A stretch of 64,000 nucleotides of DNA from Mustelus asterias (lineage: Eukaryota): positions 248,001 through 312,000 of the forward strand of contig NW_027590365.1 of assembly GCF_964213995.1 (NCBI RefSeq). The letters are read 5' to 3'. The notes below the pieces were generated by a model. The model did no database searches and was not told the DNA's origin. It was given only the letters and a program-made list of their open reading frames with translations. Of the stretch, positions 27,704 through 40,998 are shown piece by piece; position 1 is the first letter of the stretch; each line of letters starts with the position of its first letter. A program made the translations under genes and the position numbers.

Positions 27704-28294
27704 ATGGAGAAACGGTGGAAATGTGGGGACTGTGGGAAGGGATTTAGATACCCTTCTCACCTGGAAACTCATCGACGCAGCCACACTGGGGAGAGACCGT
27801 TCACCTGTTCTCAGTGTGGGAATGGATTCAGTCGATTATCCACCCTGCAGACACACCAGAGAGTTCACAATGAGGAAAGGCCATTCATCTGCTTTCATTG
27901 TGGGAAGAGATTCACTCAGTCATCCAGCCTGCAGACACACCAGCGAGTTCACAATGAGGAGAGACCGTTCATCTGCTCTCAGTGTGGGAAGGGATTCAGT
28001 CAGTCATCCAGCCTGCGGACACACCAGCGAGTTCACACTAGGGAGAGGCCGTTCACCTGCTTTCAGTGTGGGAATGGGTTCACTCAGTTATCCCATCTGA
28101 AGACACACCAACGGTTTCACACTGGGGAGAGGCCGTTCACCTGCCCTCAGTGCGAGAAGGGATTTGCTCAGTTATCCACTCTTCAGACACACCAGCGAGT
28201 TCACACCAAGGAGAGACCGTTCACCTGCTCTCAGTGTGGGAAAGGATTCACTCAGTTATCCGACCTGCGGAGACACCAGCGAGTTCACATGTGA
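27704..28294 (+). CDS. C2H2 zinc-finger protein, 7 fingers (unit Z6)
   Basis: accATGg start ([10 protein letters not shown]), 7 intact fingers, TGA, then the shared 3' UTR. Acceptor ttttacag at 27346. Confidence 0.87.
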   Translation: MEKRWKCGDCGKGFRYPSHLETHRRSHTGERPFTCSQCGNGFSRLSTLQTHQRVHNEERPFICFHCGKRFTQSSSLQTHQRVHNEERPFICSQCGKGFSQSSSLRTHQRVHTRERPFTCFQCGNGFTQLSHLKTHQRFHTGERPFTCPQCEKGFAQLSTLQTHQRVHTKERPFTCSQCGKGFTQLSDLRRHQRVHM

Positions 28295-28751
28295 TTCCAG
28301 GGGTTGGATTCTGCTGTTATTGTTTCTGCTCTCAATTACATCCAGGACTGCATTTTGTTCATTCTCACAGTTGGTCAATGGGGAGGGTCGGAGGGTTTCT
28401 TTCTGCTGGACTGGCCGGTCTCACCACTTTGCCTCCAGTGGCTGATAATCTTTTAACCTTGTTTTGAATATCTGGCTTTGGATTTCTCAAGGATCACAGA
28501 GTGAAAGGGTGTTTGGAAGTTTAAAGATATTTTGTTCACAATACTGTTTGGAAGGCTCGCAAAGCACGCAGAGGGAGTAGTGAGCATGAGGAACTGAAAG
28601 AGATTAGTATTCGTGAAAAAGTAGCACTGGAGAAATTAATGGAGTTGGAAGTGAATAAATCCCCAAAAAGCTGATGATCGACATCCCAGAGTGTTGGAAG
28701 AGGTGGCTGTGGAGATAGTGGATACATTGGTGGTCATCTTTCCAAATTCTA

Positions 28752-28930
28752 TAGGTTGTGTCTTGCAGAGGTTGCTGTGGCAGGGTTGTGTGGTGTCATG
28801 GTCACTGTTCTCCTGAAGGCTGGGTAGTTTGCTGCGGACAATGGTCTGTTTGAGGTTGTGCGGTTGTTTGAAGGCAAGAAGTGGGGGTGTGGGGATGGTC
28901 TTGACGAGATGTTCGTCTTCATCAATGACA
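28752..28930 (-). mobile_element. Penelope-like element fragment
   Basis: Minus strand reads ..DEDEHLVKTIPTPPLLAFKQPHNLKQTIVRSKLPSLQENSDHDTTQPCHSNLCKT, typical of the PLE region between RT and GIY-YIG. Confidence 0.7.
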
Positions 28931-29535
28931 TGTCATTGATCAGAACTGAATCCAGACAGAGGAGAGGGAGGGAGGGAGAAAACTGGGAATGGAGGAAAAG
29001 AATGTTGGAGATAATGAGATGGGTTTGGATTTCAGCCCAGGGAGGAGGGAGAGTGTGTGGAATGGGGATTTACAGGTTTGGGGGAACAAGCGGAAAAAAT
29101 GTTCCAGAGAAACTAGAATTGTCTGTTCAGAATTTCTATCCTGGACTGACAGTAGTTTTGTTATCTTCTTTTGCAGGATATTTGAAGGGGAAGATTTACA
29201 GACTGGAAACTCAAATCAAATTTCATACGAATATTTTACAATCATTCGATTTATCAGCACCTAAACTCAATTAGCCTTTGAATGTGGAAGGAAAAATGTT
29301 TGTTCTGCCTGTGGGAAAATATTTCAAACATCAGTGTGACTGGAGAAGCATCGAGACACATGCACACACTGGAGTGAGACTGTTCCAGTGAACTGACTGT
29401 GGAAAGAGCTTTACCCAGTTACGCAGCCTGAAAAACATCACACCATTCACTGTCAGGTGAAACCGTACACGTGTTCTGTGTGGACAAGGATTTAACAGAT
29501 CATCCAACCTGGAGAGACACAAAGACACCAGCACC

Positions 29536-30759
29536 ATGGAGAAACAGTGGAAATGTGAAGACTGTGGAAAAGTTTGTAAAACCCCATCTCAGCTGGAAAT
29601 TCATCGACGCAGTCACACTGGGGAGAGACCATTCATCTGCTGTATGTGTGGTAAAGGATTCGCTCAGTCATTTAGCCTGGTGTCACACCAGCGAGTTCAC
29701 ACTGAGGACAGACCGTTTAAATGCTCTGACTGTGGGAACAGTTTTAAGAGTTCTGAGGGTTTAATTCACCATCAACGGGTTCACACTGGCGAGAGACCAT
29801 TCAATTGCTCTCAATGTGGGAAGAACTTCAGGCAAGTATCTCACCTCACTGAACACCTACGTGTTCACACTGGGGAGAAACCCTTCACCTGCTCCATGTG
29901 TGGGAAGGGATTCACTTGTGCTTCCCACCTCACTGAACACAAGCGTGTTCACACTGGGGAGAGACCATTCAGCTGCTCTCAGTGTGGGAAACATTTCAGG
30001 CAGTATTCCACCCTCACTGAACACAAGCGTGTTCACACTGGGGAGAGACCGTTTGTTTGCTCCTTTTGTGGGAAAGGATTTGTTAAATCATCCCATCTTC
30101 TCAGACACCAGCGCATCCACACTGGAGAGAGACCATTCACCTGCGCTGAGTGTGGGAAGGGATTCACTACAACATCTCACCTCAGTGAACACCAGAGTCT
30201 TCACACTGGGGAGAAACCTTTCACCTGCTGCCTATGTGGCAAGGGATTCACATGTTTATCCTACCTCAAAAGACACAAAATTGTTCACTCCGATGAGAGA
30301 CCCTGTAAATGTTCTGACTGTGGGAAGAGGTTTAAAAGCAGAAATGAACTGATGAAACACCAGCCTCTTCACACAGGGGAGAGGCCGTTTGCTTGCTCTG
30401 TGTGTGGGAAGGGATTCACTCAGTCATCACAGCTCAGCAACCATCAGCTTGTTCACACTGATAAGAGACCGTTTAAATGCTCTGACTGTGGAAAGAGCTT
30501 TAAAAGTGCAGGGAATCTGCAGAGACACCAAACCACTCACACTGAGAGGGGCTGTTCAGCTGCTCTTCATCTGGGAACTGATTCACTACTTCATCCCAAA
30601 TCACTGAACACCTGCGGGTTCACACTGGTGGGAGGCCATTCCTCTGATTTGAGTGTGGGAAGGGATTCAGTGTCATCCAGCCTGCTAAAACACCAGTGCA
30701 CTCCCACTGAGGGAGCATGTTCACCTGCTCCGTGTGTGACAAGGGATTCAATCAGTTAA
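29536..30759 (+). CDS. C2H2 zinc-finger protein, 12 fingers plus frameshifted tail (unit Z7)
   Basis: [10 protein letters not shown] start and 12 fingers to ~30540, then a frameshift. Degenerate finger DNA continues to ~31000 and at ~31350-31440. Confidence 0.85.
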   Translation: MEKQWKCEDCGKVCKTPSQLEIHRRSHTGERPFICCMCGKGFAQSFSLVSHQRVHTEDRPFKCSDCGNSFKSSEGLIHHQRVHTGERPFNCSQCGKNFRQVSHLTEHLRVHTGEKPFTCSMCGKGFTCASHLTEHKRVHTGERPFSCSQCGKHFRQYSTLTEHKRVHTGERPFVCSFCGKGFVKSSHLLRHQRIHTGERPFTCAECGKGFTTTSHLSEHQSLHTGEKPFTCCLCGKGFTCLSYLKRHKIVHSDERPCKCSDCGKRFKSRNELMKHQPLHTGERPFACSVCGKGFTQSSQLSNHQLVHTDKRPFKCSDCGKSFKSAGNLQRHQTTHTERGCSAALHLGTDSLLHPKSLNTCGFTLVGGHSSDLSVGRDSVSSSLLKHQCTPTEGACSPAPCVTRDSIS

Positions 30760-32009
30760 GCAGCTTTATTTCACATCAACTTGTTCAGACCGAAAAATAC
30801 ATGGTTTTGATGTTCTGATTGTGACGAGATTTAAAAGTGCAATGGATCTGCTGCAACACAAGCACAACACTGAGCAGAGGCTGTTTACCTGCTCCATGTG
30901 TGGGAAGGGATTCACTCAGTCATTGTATCTCAGTGAACATCAACTTGTTCACATTGAGAAGAGACTGTTTAAATGCTTGGACTGTGAGAAGAGGTTTAAA
31001 AGCTCCCTCCCTAACAGCACCGTGTACCTGTACCATAGGGATTGCAGTGATTGAAGAAGGCAGCTCACCACCACCTTCACAGAGTAATGAGGAAGGGGCA
31101 ATAAATGCTGGTCTGAGCATTTGAAAAATGGATAGAAGTCATCGGTGATTTTTCACTCAGTTATTCAGAAGCAATAGTTTAGATATGATACATAAAAGAC
31201 ATACAACCTGTAATAGGTAAGATCCCGGATGAAGGAAATACTGATCTCCGCTGATCGCTGGAGGTGATAATCTCCTCGGAATGGGATGTGGACAGAGATG
31301 CCCACATCCTGTAAATTAATATGAAAAAAGTAATCTGCTGAGACACCAACCCACAGATACTGGAGAGGCCTTTCACCTGCAGTGTGTGAGAGAAGCAATT
31401 TATTCTCATTCACCCTGCAGACACACCAGTGAGATAACAGGTGATTCCAGGGGTTGGATTCTGCTTTAATCACATCCAGGACTCAACTGTGTTCATTCTG
31501 ACATTTGGAGTTTTTTTTTCAGTTGACGTTAATAATCCCTGGAACTGGGCTAGAGTTTATTAATCTGTATATAATTAAATCAGCTTTGTGACAAACTCAG
31601 TGTCGGAGTCCTTGATTTCACTAAGAGGGGACTGATTGATGTCCTGTTACTGACTCTTCAATTGTTGGGTCTTTTCTCCTTTTTTAATGGAAGATTTATA
31701 TTTATAATAGCGCCTTTCACAACTTCAGGGTGTCCCAACGTGCTTTTACAGCCAATGAAGTTCTTTGAAGTGTAATCAATGCCTTAGTGCAGGAAATGCA
31801 GTCCCCAAATTGTGCACAGCAAGATCCCACACACATGTGATTGTGAGCAGAGAATCTGTTCAGTGATGATTGTTGAGGGATAAATATTAAGCAATAAACT
31901 TCTCCGCTCTTTGGAATAACATCCTGGGAAGTTTTACACCCAACTAAGAGGGCAGATGGGGCCATGGTTGAAGGTCTCATCTGATTTTCAGGGATGGGTA
32001 ATAGAATCC

Positions 32010-32620
32010 TTTACCACAGTCCTCACATTTCCACGATTTCTCCAATGTGGCTGTGTCAGTGGTTTTCCAGATGGGATGGATAATTGAATCCTTTACCAAA
32101 ATCCTCACATTTCCATGGTGTCTTCATACAGCCAGAGCTCTTGTGTCTCTCCAGGTTGGACAGTCAGCGCCGTTCACATACAGAATAGGTTTACTATCGA
32201 GTCCCCCGCTGTCACTGGAACAATGTTTTTTTTCAGGTTGTGAAACTAATCAAAACTCACTTCAGTGCAACACCCAGGTGTATATCTCGGTGCTTTTTCT
32301 AATCACACTGATGTTTGGAAGGTTTTTCCACAGATTGAATCTGGAAAATGAAGTTTTTCTCCATCCTAAGGCTGATGATATTCAGATCCTGATGAATAAT
32401 ATCAGGATCTGATGTGATGTTTGATTTGAATTTCCTGTATGCAAATGTTCTTTTAATAAATTCCGTAAAAGGAATTTTAAAATGTAACCAGTGTCAGTCC
32501 AGCATTAAGATGCAGAACAGACAATTCTAGCTTCTCTGGAACATGTTTCTGTCTGTTGTTCCCCCAAATCTGTAAATACCCATCCCACACACACTCCCTC
32601 CTCCCTGGGCTGAAATTAAA
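32010..32620 (-). pseudogene. Relic of a ZNF exon 5' region
   Basis: Reverse strand shows the shared intron segment, the linker (caaatcaaacatcacatcagatcct) and accatggaaatgtgaggatttt (PWKCED) remnants, with no intact array. Confidence 0.55.
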
Positions 32621-33065
32621 ATAAAGTTATGGATAATTATTTCTGTATGCTTTTAACAAATTTGGTATAGAATGATGTCCAAAGAGATGGATCAGCATAA
32701 GCTCATTTAATAATAGAGCTTGATGGCCGAATGGCCTACTCTGGCTCCTATTTCCTATTTCCCATGATCTTGTGTTCTCAAGTGTTATATATCAACTTAT
32801 TAATTGTCACGAGTGTTGCCTGCATCTCCATTATTTTTTACCATTTACCTATGTGAACTGCTGGTGTGTATCAAATGGAATGTGTACTGTACTTTCATTG
32901 CACTATTGGAGTTTTACAATGTTTATGCCATTGTGGGATATCTTCTGAGAAAGGTGATGAATTGAAAGTAACAAGTACAAGGAAAGATTTACAACATACA
33001 AGCTGTCAACGGCAGGAACAAATCAATCCTTGCATTGTGTTGGCTGCTGGCTGCGGAATATAATT

Positions 33066-33680
33066 GGGACATACACACTGGGCAGTGCTGTACAGTGTAA
33101 TAGGGGCACACATACTGGGCAGTGCTGTACAGTGTAATAGGGGCACACACACTGGGCAGTGCTGTACAGTGTAATAGGGGCACACATACTGGGCAGTGCT
33201 GTACAGTGTAATAGGGGCACACATACTGGGCAGTGCTGTACAGTGTAATAGGGGCACACATACTGGGCAGTGCTGTACAGTGTAATAGGGGCACACACAC
33301 TGGGCAGTGCTGTACAGTGTAATAGGGGCACACACACTGGGCAGTGCTGTACAGTGTAATAGGGGCACACATACTGGGCAGTGCTGTACAGTGTAATAGG
33401 GGCACACACACTGGGCAGTGCTGTACAGTGTAATAGGGGCACACATACTGGGCAGTGCTGTACAGTGTAATAGGGGCACACACACTGGGCAGTGCTGTAC
33501 AGTGTAATAGGGGCACACATACTGGGCAGTGCTGTACAGTGTAATAGGGGCACACACACTGGGCAGTGCTGTACAGTGTAATAGGGGCACACACACTGGG
33601 CAGTGCTGTACAGTGTAATAGGGGCACACATACTGGGCAGTGCTGTACAGTGTAATAGGGGCACACATACTGGGCAGTGC
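33066..33680. repeat. 37-bp minisatellite, ~16.5 copies
   Basis: Unit ggggcacaca(c/t)actgggcagtgctgtacagtgtaata, perfect except for one C/T site. Confidence 0.97.
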
Positions 33681-33682
33681 TA

Positions 33683-36110
33683 AAGGGACTTTAACTTTGC
33701 AAATATTGACTGGAAAAGCTATAGTTCGAGTACTTTAGATGGGTCGGTTTTTGTCCAATGTGTGCAGGAGGGTTTCCTGACACAGTATGTGGATAGGCCA
33801 ACAAGAGGCAAGGCCGCATTGGATTTGGTACTGGGTAATGAACCAGACCAGGTGTTAGATTTGGAGGTAGGGGAGCACTTTGGTGATAGTGACCACAATT
33901 TGGTTATGTTTACTTTAGAGATGGAAAGGAATAAGTATATACTGAAGGGCAAATATTATAGTTGGGGGAAAGGAAATTATGATGCGATTAGGTGAGATTT
34001 AGGATGCATAGGTTGGGGAAGGAAACTGCAGGGGATGGGCACAATTGAAATGTGGAGCTTGTTCAAGGAACAGCTACTGGGTTTCCCTGATAAGTATGTA
34101 CCTGTCAGGCAGGGAGGAAGTGGTCGAGTGAGGGAATCGTGGTTTACTAAAGAAGTTGAATCTCTTGTGAAGAGGAAGAAGGAGACTTATATAAAGATGA
34201 GACGTGAAGGCTCAGTTAGGGCGCTTGAGAGTTACAAGTTAGCCAGGAAGGACCTAAAGAGAGAGTTAAGAAGAGCCAGGAGGGAACATGAGAGGTCTTT
34301 GGCAGGTAGGATCAAGGAAAACCCTAAAGCTTTCTATAGGTATGTCAGGAATAAAAGAATGACTAGGGTAAGATTAGGGCCAGTCAAGGACGGTAGTGGG
34401 AAGTTGTGCGTGGAGCATGAAGAGATAGGAGAGGCGCTAAATGAATATTTTTCGTCAGTATTCACGCAGGAAAAAGACAATGTTGTCGAGGAGAATACTG
34501 AGATACAGGCTATTGGACTAGATGGGATTGAGGTTAATAAGGAGGAGGTGTTAGCAATTCTGGACAGTGTGAAAATAGATAAGTCCCCTGGGCCGGATGG
34601 GATTCATCCCAGGATTCTCTGGGAGGCTAGGGAGGAGATTGCAGAGCCTTTGCCTTTGACCTTTATGTCGTCATTGACTACAGGAATAGTGCCAGAAGAC
34701 TGGAGGATAGCAAATGTTGTCCTCTTGTTCAAGAAGGGGAGTAGAGACAACCCTGGCAATTATAGACCAGTGAGCCTTACTTCTGTTGTGGGCAAAGTTT
34801 TGGAAAGGATTATAAGAGATAGGATTTATAATCATCTGGAATGGAATAATTTGATTAGGGATAGTCAGCACGGTTTTATGAAGGGTAGGTCGTGCCTCAC
34901 AAACCTTATTGAGTTTTTTGAGAAGGTGACCAAAGAGGTGGATGAGGGTAAAGCAGTTGATGTGGTGTATATGGATTTCAGTAATGCGTTTGATAAGGTT
35001 CCCCACGGTAAGCTATTGCAGAAGATACGGAGGCATGAGATTGAGGGTGATTTAGCGGTTTGGATCAGGAATTGGCTAGCTGTAAGAAGGTGGTGGTTGA
35101 TGGGAAATGTTCATCCTGGAGTTCAGTTACTAGTGGTGTACCACAAGGATCTGTTTTGGGGCCACTGCTGTTTGTCATTTTTATAAATGACCTGGATGAG
35201 GGCGCAGAAGGATGGGTTAGTAAATTTGTGGATGACACTAAAGTTGGTGGAGCTGTGGAGTGCAGAAGGTTGTTGCAGGTTACAGAGGGACATAGATAAG
35301 CTGCAGTGCTGGGCTGAGAGGAGGCAAATGGAGTTCAATGCGGAAAAGTGTGAGGTGATTCGCTTTTGAAGGAGTAACAGGATTACAGAGTACTGGGCTA
35401 ATGGTAAGATACTTGGTAGTGTGGATGAACAGAGAGATCTCGGTGTCCATGTGCATAGATCCCTGAAAGTTGGCACCCAGGTTGATAGGGTTGTTAAGAA
35501 GGCGTACGGAGTGTTAGCTTTTATTGGTAGAGGGATTGAGTTTCGGAGCCAGGAGGTCATGTTGCAGCTGTACAAAACTCTGGTCCAGCCGCACTTGGAG
35601 TATTGCGGACAGTTCTGGTCACCGCATTATAGGAAGGATGTGGAAGCATTGGAAAGGGTGCAGAGGAGATTTACTAGGATGTTGCCTGGTATGGTGGGAA
35701 GGTCTTATGAGGAAAGGCTGAGGGACTTGAGGTTGTTTTCGTTAGAGAGAAGGTTAAGAGGTGACTTAATAGAGGCTTACAAGATGATCAGAGGATTAGA
35801 TAGGGTGGATAGTGAGAGACTTTTTCCTCAGATGGTGATAGCTAGCACGAGGGGACATAGCTTTAAATTGAGGGGTGATAGATATAGGACAGATATCAGA
35901 GGTAGGTTCTTCACTCAGAGAGTAGTAAGGGCGTGGAATGCCCTGCCTGCAGCAGTAGTGGACTCGCCAACATTAAGGACATTTAAATGGTCATTGGATA
36001 AACATATGGATGATATTGGAATAGTGTAGGTTAGAGGGGCTTTAGATTGGTTTCACTGGTCGGCACAACATCGAGGATGAAGGGCCTGTACTGCGCTGTT
36101 ATGTTTCTAT
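33683..36110 (+). mobile_element. CR1 LINE ORF2, 5'-truncated within the endonuclease domain
   Basis: Begins at GDFNFANIDW; contains [34 protein letters not shown] and FVDDTK; 3' tail tatgtttctatg. Confidence 0.93.
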
Positions 36111-36379
36111 GTGCAGGTAAGGTGGATTGGCCATGCTAAATTGCCCTTTGGTGTTTGGAGAGGGGGGGGGGGAGGGGTGGTGGCTAGCAAGGTGAATGCA
36201 TGGGGTTGTGGGGATGGGGCCTGGTGCAGACTTGATGGGCCAAATGGCCTCCTTCTGCACTGTCGGGATTTTATGATTCTAGAGGAACAGACCTTGTATC
36301 CAGAACTGACTGCGTGGAGATTTTCTTAGAGCAGCCAAACAAGAGGAAAGGTTTCCTGCTGCTGTGCTGAGAATCCAGA

Positions 36380-36830
36380 TTGCACTAAACACGCCCACGC
36401 CCCCCGACATTGACCTCTCCTGGATACCTCACACTGCCTGGCGAGTGATTGACAGCAGCTTGGGGCCAATAGGGAGAGAGGGCGGGGTTGGAGGACCGAT
36501 CGGGAGCGGCTGGTCCTCCAAGCAATTAGAGTGAATGAGGGGGCGGGGCTTGGCTGTGAGTGAAGCATGCGCAGTCCAGTTAATGGCGACGGAGACAAGA
36601 TTTTTTTCTTTGGATCTGCCATCCGTAACGGAGAGAATGGCGAGACGAAGGGAACCACGGATCAGGTGAGTGACTGGATACGTTCCGTAAACACGTTACA
36701 CAAACCGCAAATGCGGAAAAATATCCCATCGTTTCCCGTGAACCGTTGCCCCTCTCACAGAGCTGGGTTCAGCGGCCGCTATCTTTATCCAGGCATTAGC
36801 AGCAGCGCGCATGCGCGGCCTCATCTTTGT
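36380..36830. promoter_or_regulatory. Promoter cassette P3 with short first exon (36583-36665) and donor cag|gtgagt
   Basis: CCAAT, GC boxes, GGAGGACC palindrome, NRF1, ATGGCG and a consensus 5' splice site at 36666. Confidence 0.72.
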
Positions 36831-37404
36831 TCGGGGCAGTAACAGCAGAATGTGTCCATCGCCGCCACCTTTGTTGGGGGCAACAATTTTGATTATCTCC
36901 AAGTGAGAATCTCCATCAACCTGTCACTTCCAGTTTCTTACTGATGAGGCAGAACAATGATATATATCCAGGGCAGTCACCATTATTTGGATTTATATTG
37001 TGCATGAATAGAATTAAACTTTTAAAGACATTTCAGAGAAAGGTTATGAAATAACAATTGACATTGAGCCACATGACGAGATATTAGCTTTTAAGGAGAA
37101 TTTTAACTGAGAAAAATAAGGTGGCGAATCAGAGAGGTTTAAGGAGGAAATTCCAGAGCTTCTGAAATAGGCAAAATCAGTAATGATGGAACGATTAAAA
37201 TCAGGAATGCTCAAGTGGTCAAAATTAGATGAGTGCTGAGATCTCAGAGGGTGTGGGCCTGGAGGAGATTACAGAGATTGGGATGATTGCAACCATGGAG
37301 GAAAACAAGGATAAGACATTTACAATCTTGGTGCATCTTAAAATGAAGCATTGTATTTCAGTGAGCATTTGTTTGTAGATCAGCATTTGTCAATATATGT
37401 GCCA

Positions 37405-37680
37405 TGGGTGGCACAGTGGTTCGCACTGCTGCCTCACAGCGTCAGGCACCTGGGTTCGATTCCCGGCTTGGGTCACTGTCTGCGTGGAGCTTGCATGTTC
37501 TCCCCGTGCCTGCGTGGGTTTCCTCCGAGTGCTCCGGTTTCCTCCCACAGTCTGAAAGACATGCTGGTTAGCTGCATTGATCCGAACAGGTGCCGGAGTG
37601 TGGCGACTAGGGGAATTTCACAGTAACTCCATTGTAGTGTTGATGAAAGCCTACTTGTGACGAATAAATAAACTTTAGCT
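37405..37680 (+). mobile_element. V-SINE family SINE
   Basis: ggtggcacagtggtt..gggttcgattccc head, V-domain, and ..cttgtgacgaataaataa tail. Confidence 0.8.
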
Positions 37681-38273
37681 TTAACTTTAGTATTTAAATG
37701 GGGGACATTTCTGCTTATCGAACCTAGGATTTCAGACAAGTTCGGATGCTATGTAGCTTGGAGGGGAACTTGCAGGTGATGGTGTCCACATACTCTTGCT
37801 GCCCTGGTCCATCCAGGTGGTGGAGGTTGAGGGCTTAGGAGATTGTGGTTCAGTTCTAGGTCGAGAAAATGCCTTCCATTTGCCCCTGTCTCTTGCTACT
37901 TTCCCTCTGTTTTTCTCTCTGTCTCTCTTGTAACATAGATTTCTCTGGCCCAGGGTGCTACATCATTCAATATGATGATGACATGTGGTTGAAAGGCAGA
38001 GCAGCTTCGACAGGCTGAATGGCCTCCTCCTGCTCCTATTTCTTGTGTTCTTGCAGAGGTCAGAACCTTGTGTAGACTCAGACCAGAGGCAGGCTTTTTT
38101 CCCTGAAGGACATTAGTGACCATTTCACTTCTGACAAAGGATCAAACAGGTTTCATAGTCACTTTTTCCTTGTGCCAGCCCCATAAATGACCAGATTAAT
38201 TCAGCTCAATTTCACAACCTGCCTTTTGTGAGTTCTTTCTCACCCCCTTTTTTCTGTTTAAAATCAATTTCAG

Positions 38274-39412
38274 ATCATCTGAAGTGGAGGATTTCCAATC
38301 AGAAAACTCAAACCAAACATCCCATCAGGATCAGATGGAGTCACCCAATTTATTGTCAGCTGAATATTTGTGAATTTTGAACATGGAAGGAAAAAGCACC
38401 GTTCACAGTGGGGAGAAATGCTGGGAATGTGGGGAGGGATTCAGTTCCCCACCTGAAGTGGAAACACATTGGCCCAGACACACCGGGGAGAGGTCATTCA
38501 CTTGCTCCAAGTGTGGGAAGGGATTCTCTCGCTCATCCAGCCTGCTGCAACACCAGTGAGTTCACACTGGAGAGAGACCTTTCAATTGTTCCAACTGTGG
38601 GAAGGGATTCGCTCAGTCAGGCAACCTGCTGAGACACCAGCGAGTTCACACTGGGAAGAGACCATTCACTTGCTCAGAGTGTGGGAAAGGATTCGCTCGG
38701 TCCTCTGACTTGATGGTGCACCAGCGAGTTCACACTGACGAGAGACCATTTAAATGTCCAGACTGTGCGAAGTGCTATAAAAGTTCCCGGGACCTGATAC
38801 TCCATCAACGTGCTCACAGTGACGAGAGGCCATTCAGATGCTCTCATTGTGGGACTGGGTTCAAACAATCATCTCAACTCACTGAGCACCAGTGTAGTCA
38901 CACCGGGGAGAGGACATTCACCTGCTCTGTGTGTGGGAATGGGTTCAGTCGGTCATCTAACCTGCGGATACACCAGAGAATTCACACTGGGGAGAGACCT
39001 TTCACCTGTTCTGAGTGTGGGAAGGGATTCACTCAGTTATCCACTCTGCTGAATGACCAGAGTGTTCACAATGAGAAGAGACCATTTCAATGTCCAGACT
39101 GCAGGAAGTGCGACAAAAGTTCCCGGCAACTGCTCCACCATCAACGAGTTCACACTGAGGAGAGACCTTTTAAATGCCCAGACTTGTGAGAAGTGTTTTA
39201 AAAGTTCCAGGGAACTGATGCGCCATCGACGTGTCCACACCGACGAGAAACCATTCAGGTGCTCTCACTGTGACGCTGGGTTCAAGACATCATCTGATCT
39301 CACTGTACATCAGCGAGTTCACACTGGGGAGAAACCATTCACCTGCTCCCAGTGTGGGAAGGGATTCACTCAGTCATCCCCCCTGCTGACACACCAGCGA
39401 GTTCATAGGTAA
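38274..39412 (+). pseudogene. C2H2 ZNF pseudogene (unit Z8)
   Basis: [12 protein letters not shown] at 38383, TGA at 38557 (HQ*VH) and a +1 frameshift at ~39185; about 12 fingers in total. Confidence 0.8.
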
Positions 39413-39809
39413 CTAAGGTGATTAGATTTTACTGTTAATAAGATCAGGACTGATCCATGTTCATTGGGGTCTGTTTCTGTTCATGTTGGTAAACTTCAAA
39501 CCAAAAGAGAAAATGCTGGAAAATCTCAGCAGGTCTGGCAGCATCTTTAAAGAGAGAAAAGAGCTGACGTTTCAAGTCCAGATGACCCTTTGTCAAAGCT
39601 TAGTTGGTAAACTTCAACCCAGTTACATGGGCTAATACTCTGGATAAAAGTTAAATAAGTCAACATTGTGTTCGCACATTATGTTGAATCTTTTAACACC
39701 TCAAACATTAGTTAGTTCCTTCTGAAGGTCTCTTTCTCGCCCATCTCCTCCATTCTCACCTCCAACAAGTGTGAGGAGTTCATGAAGCTTCTTTGTTACT
39801 AAGATTGAG

Positions 39810-40620
39810 ATAATTTGATCAGCTGCCGCTGCTGTATCCCTCCCTTCCACGCGCCTACTGGGACAAACCATGTCTAAAGTTCCCTCTTGACCAAGCCCAG
39901 AACAGACATCTTTCTCCAGTTTCTCTCCTATCTCCCCTCGTGCCCGCTCCATGTTTATCTTGTCCATGAGACCCACCCCGTTCTCCATCAACCCTATTCT
40001 CACTAAATTGCTGATCATCCAACTTCCCCACATTTGGTGATATTGTTAATGGTTCTCTCTTTTCCCTGGTACTGTCCCCCTCACTTTTGAATCCTCTGAA
40101 ATCACCCACCCTGAAAAAAACACTCAATCCCAGTCTTTGCCAACTATTGCCCCATCTCCAATCTCCCTTTCCTCTCCAAACCCCCTGAACTCGGTGAGCC
40201 CCAAGGATCTATCCTTGGCCCCTCCTATTTCTCATCCACATGCTGCCACTGAATGACATCATCCAAAAGCACCGTGTTAGTTTTCCCATCTACACTGACA
40301 ACACCCAGCTCTACCCATCCCTCTCCATTCCTCCACTGTTACTAAATTATCAAACTGCTTATCCCACATTCAGTACTGGATCAACAGAAATTTCCTCCAA
40401 TTAAAAATTGGGAAGACCAAAGTCATTGTCTTCAGTCACCACTACAAATTCTGTTCCCTAACTGCCAAGTCCATCCCTCTCCCTGGGAGCTGTCTGAAGC
40501 TGAATCACACTCTTCACAATCTCCATGTCAGATTTGACCCCAAGATGAGTTTCTGACCACATATCCACACCATCACTAATACCAGATATTTCAATCCCCG
40601 TAACGTCACCTGACCCCACC
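39810..40620 (+). mobile_element. L2-clade LINE, degraded
   Basis: Translates to FSPIS..LSMRPT..PILTKLL, LANYCPISNLPFLSK and QGSILGP..MLPL.DII.KH.VSF..YTDNTQLY. Related reverse fragments at ~7600-7985 and ~10225-10390. Confidence 0.72.
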
Positions 40621-40998
40621 CCACCCCACCCCAGCTCATCTGCTGTAGCTCCTTACCCAGCAGCCCAGTGTGGAGGCACCGCGCCAGTCCCATTGGCCTG
40701 AGCCAACTGAGCATGTGTGGTGCTGGCAGGTGATCTGCATATTTAAAGGGACACTGTCCCTCTATGCAGTTGTCATTTGAACAGGACAGAAGTATTGTGA
40801 GAGAGACTCATTTCAACAAAGAAGAGAGCTGGATTTAGGGGAATAAAAATGTAAAGTTATAAAACTGTCCACCCTGAATTTGTCCTTTTTTCTTTACAGT
40901 AATTACTGATATAAATGGTTAAATGGACAGGAAGCTCAGACTAGACATCACATCAATCTAACCGAGTCACTCGATTCAGGACTGAATATCATTGGCAT

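Noticed and set aside
32989-33668. Three Cys/His-rich ORFs, and a possible CRISPR-like array
   Set aside because: They are translations of a 37-bp tandem repeat. There are no unique spacers and no cas genes, and the context is eukaryotic.
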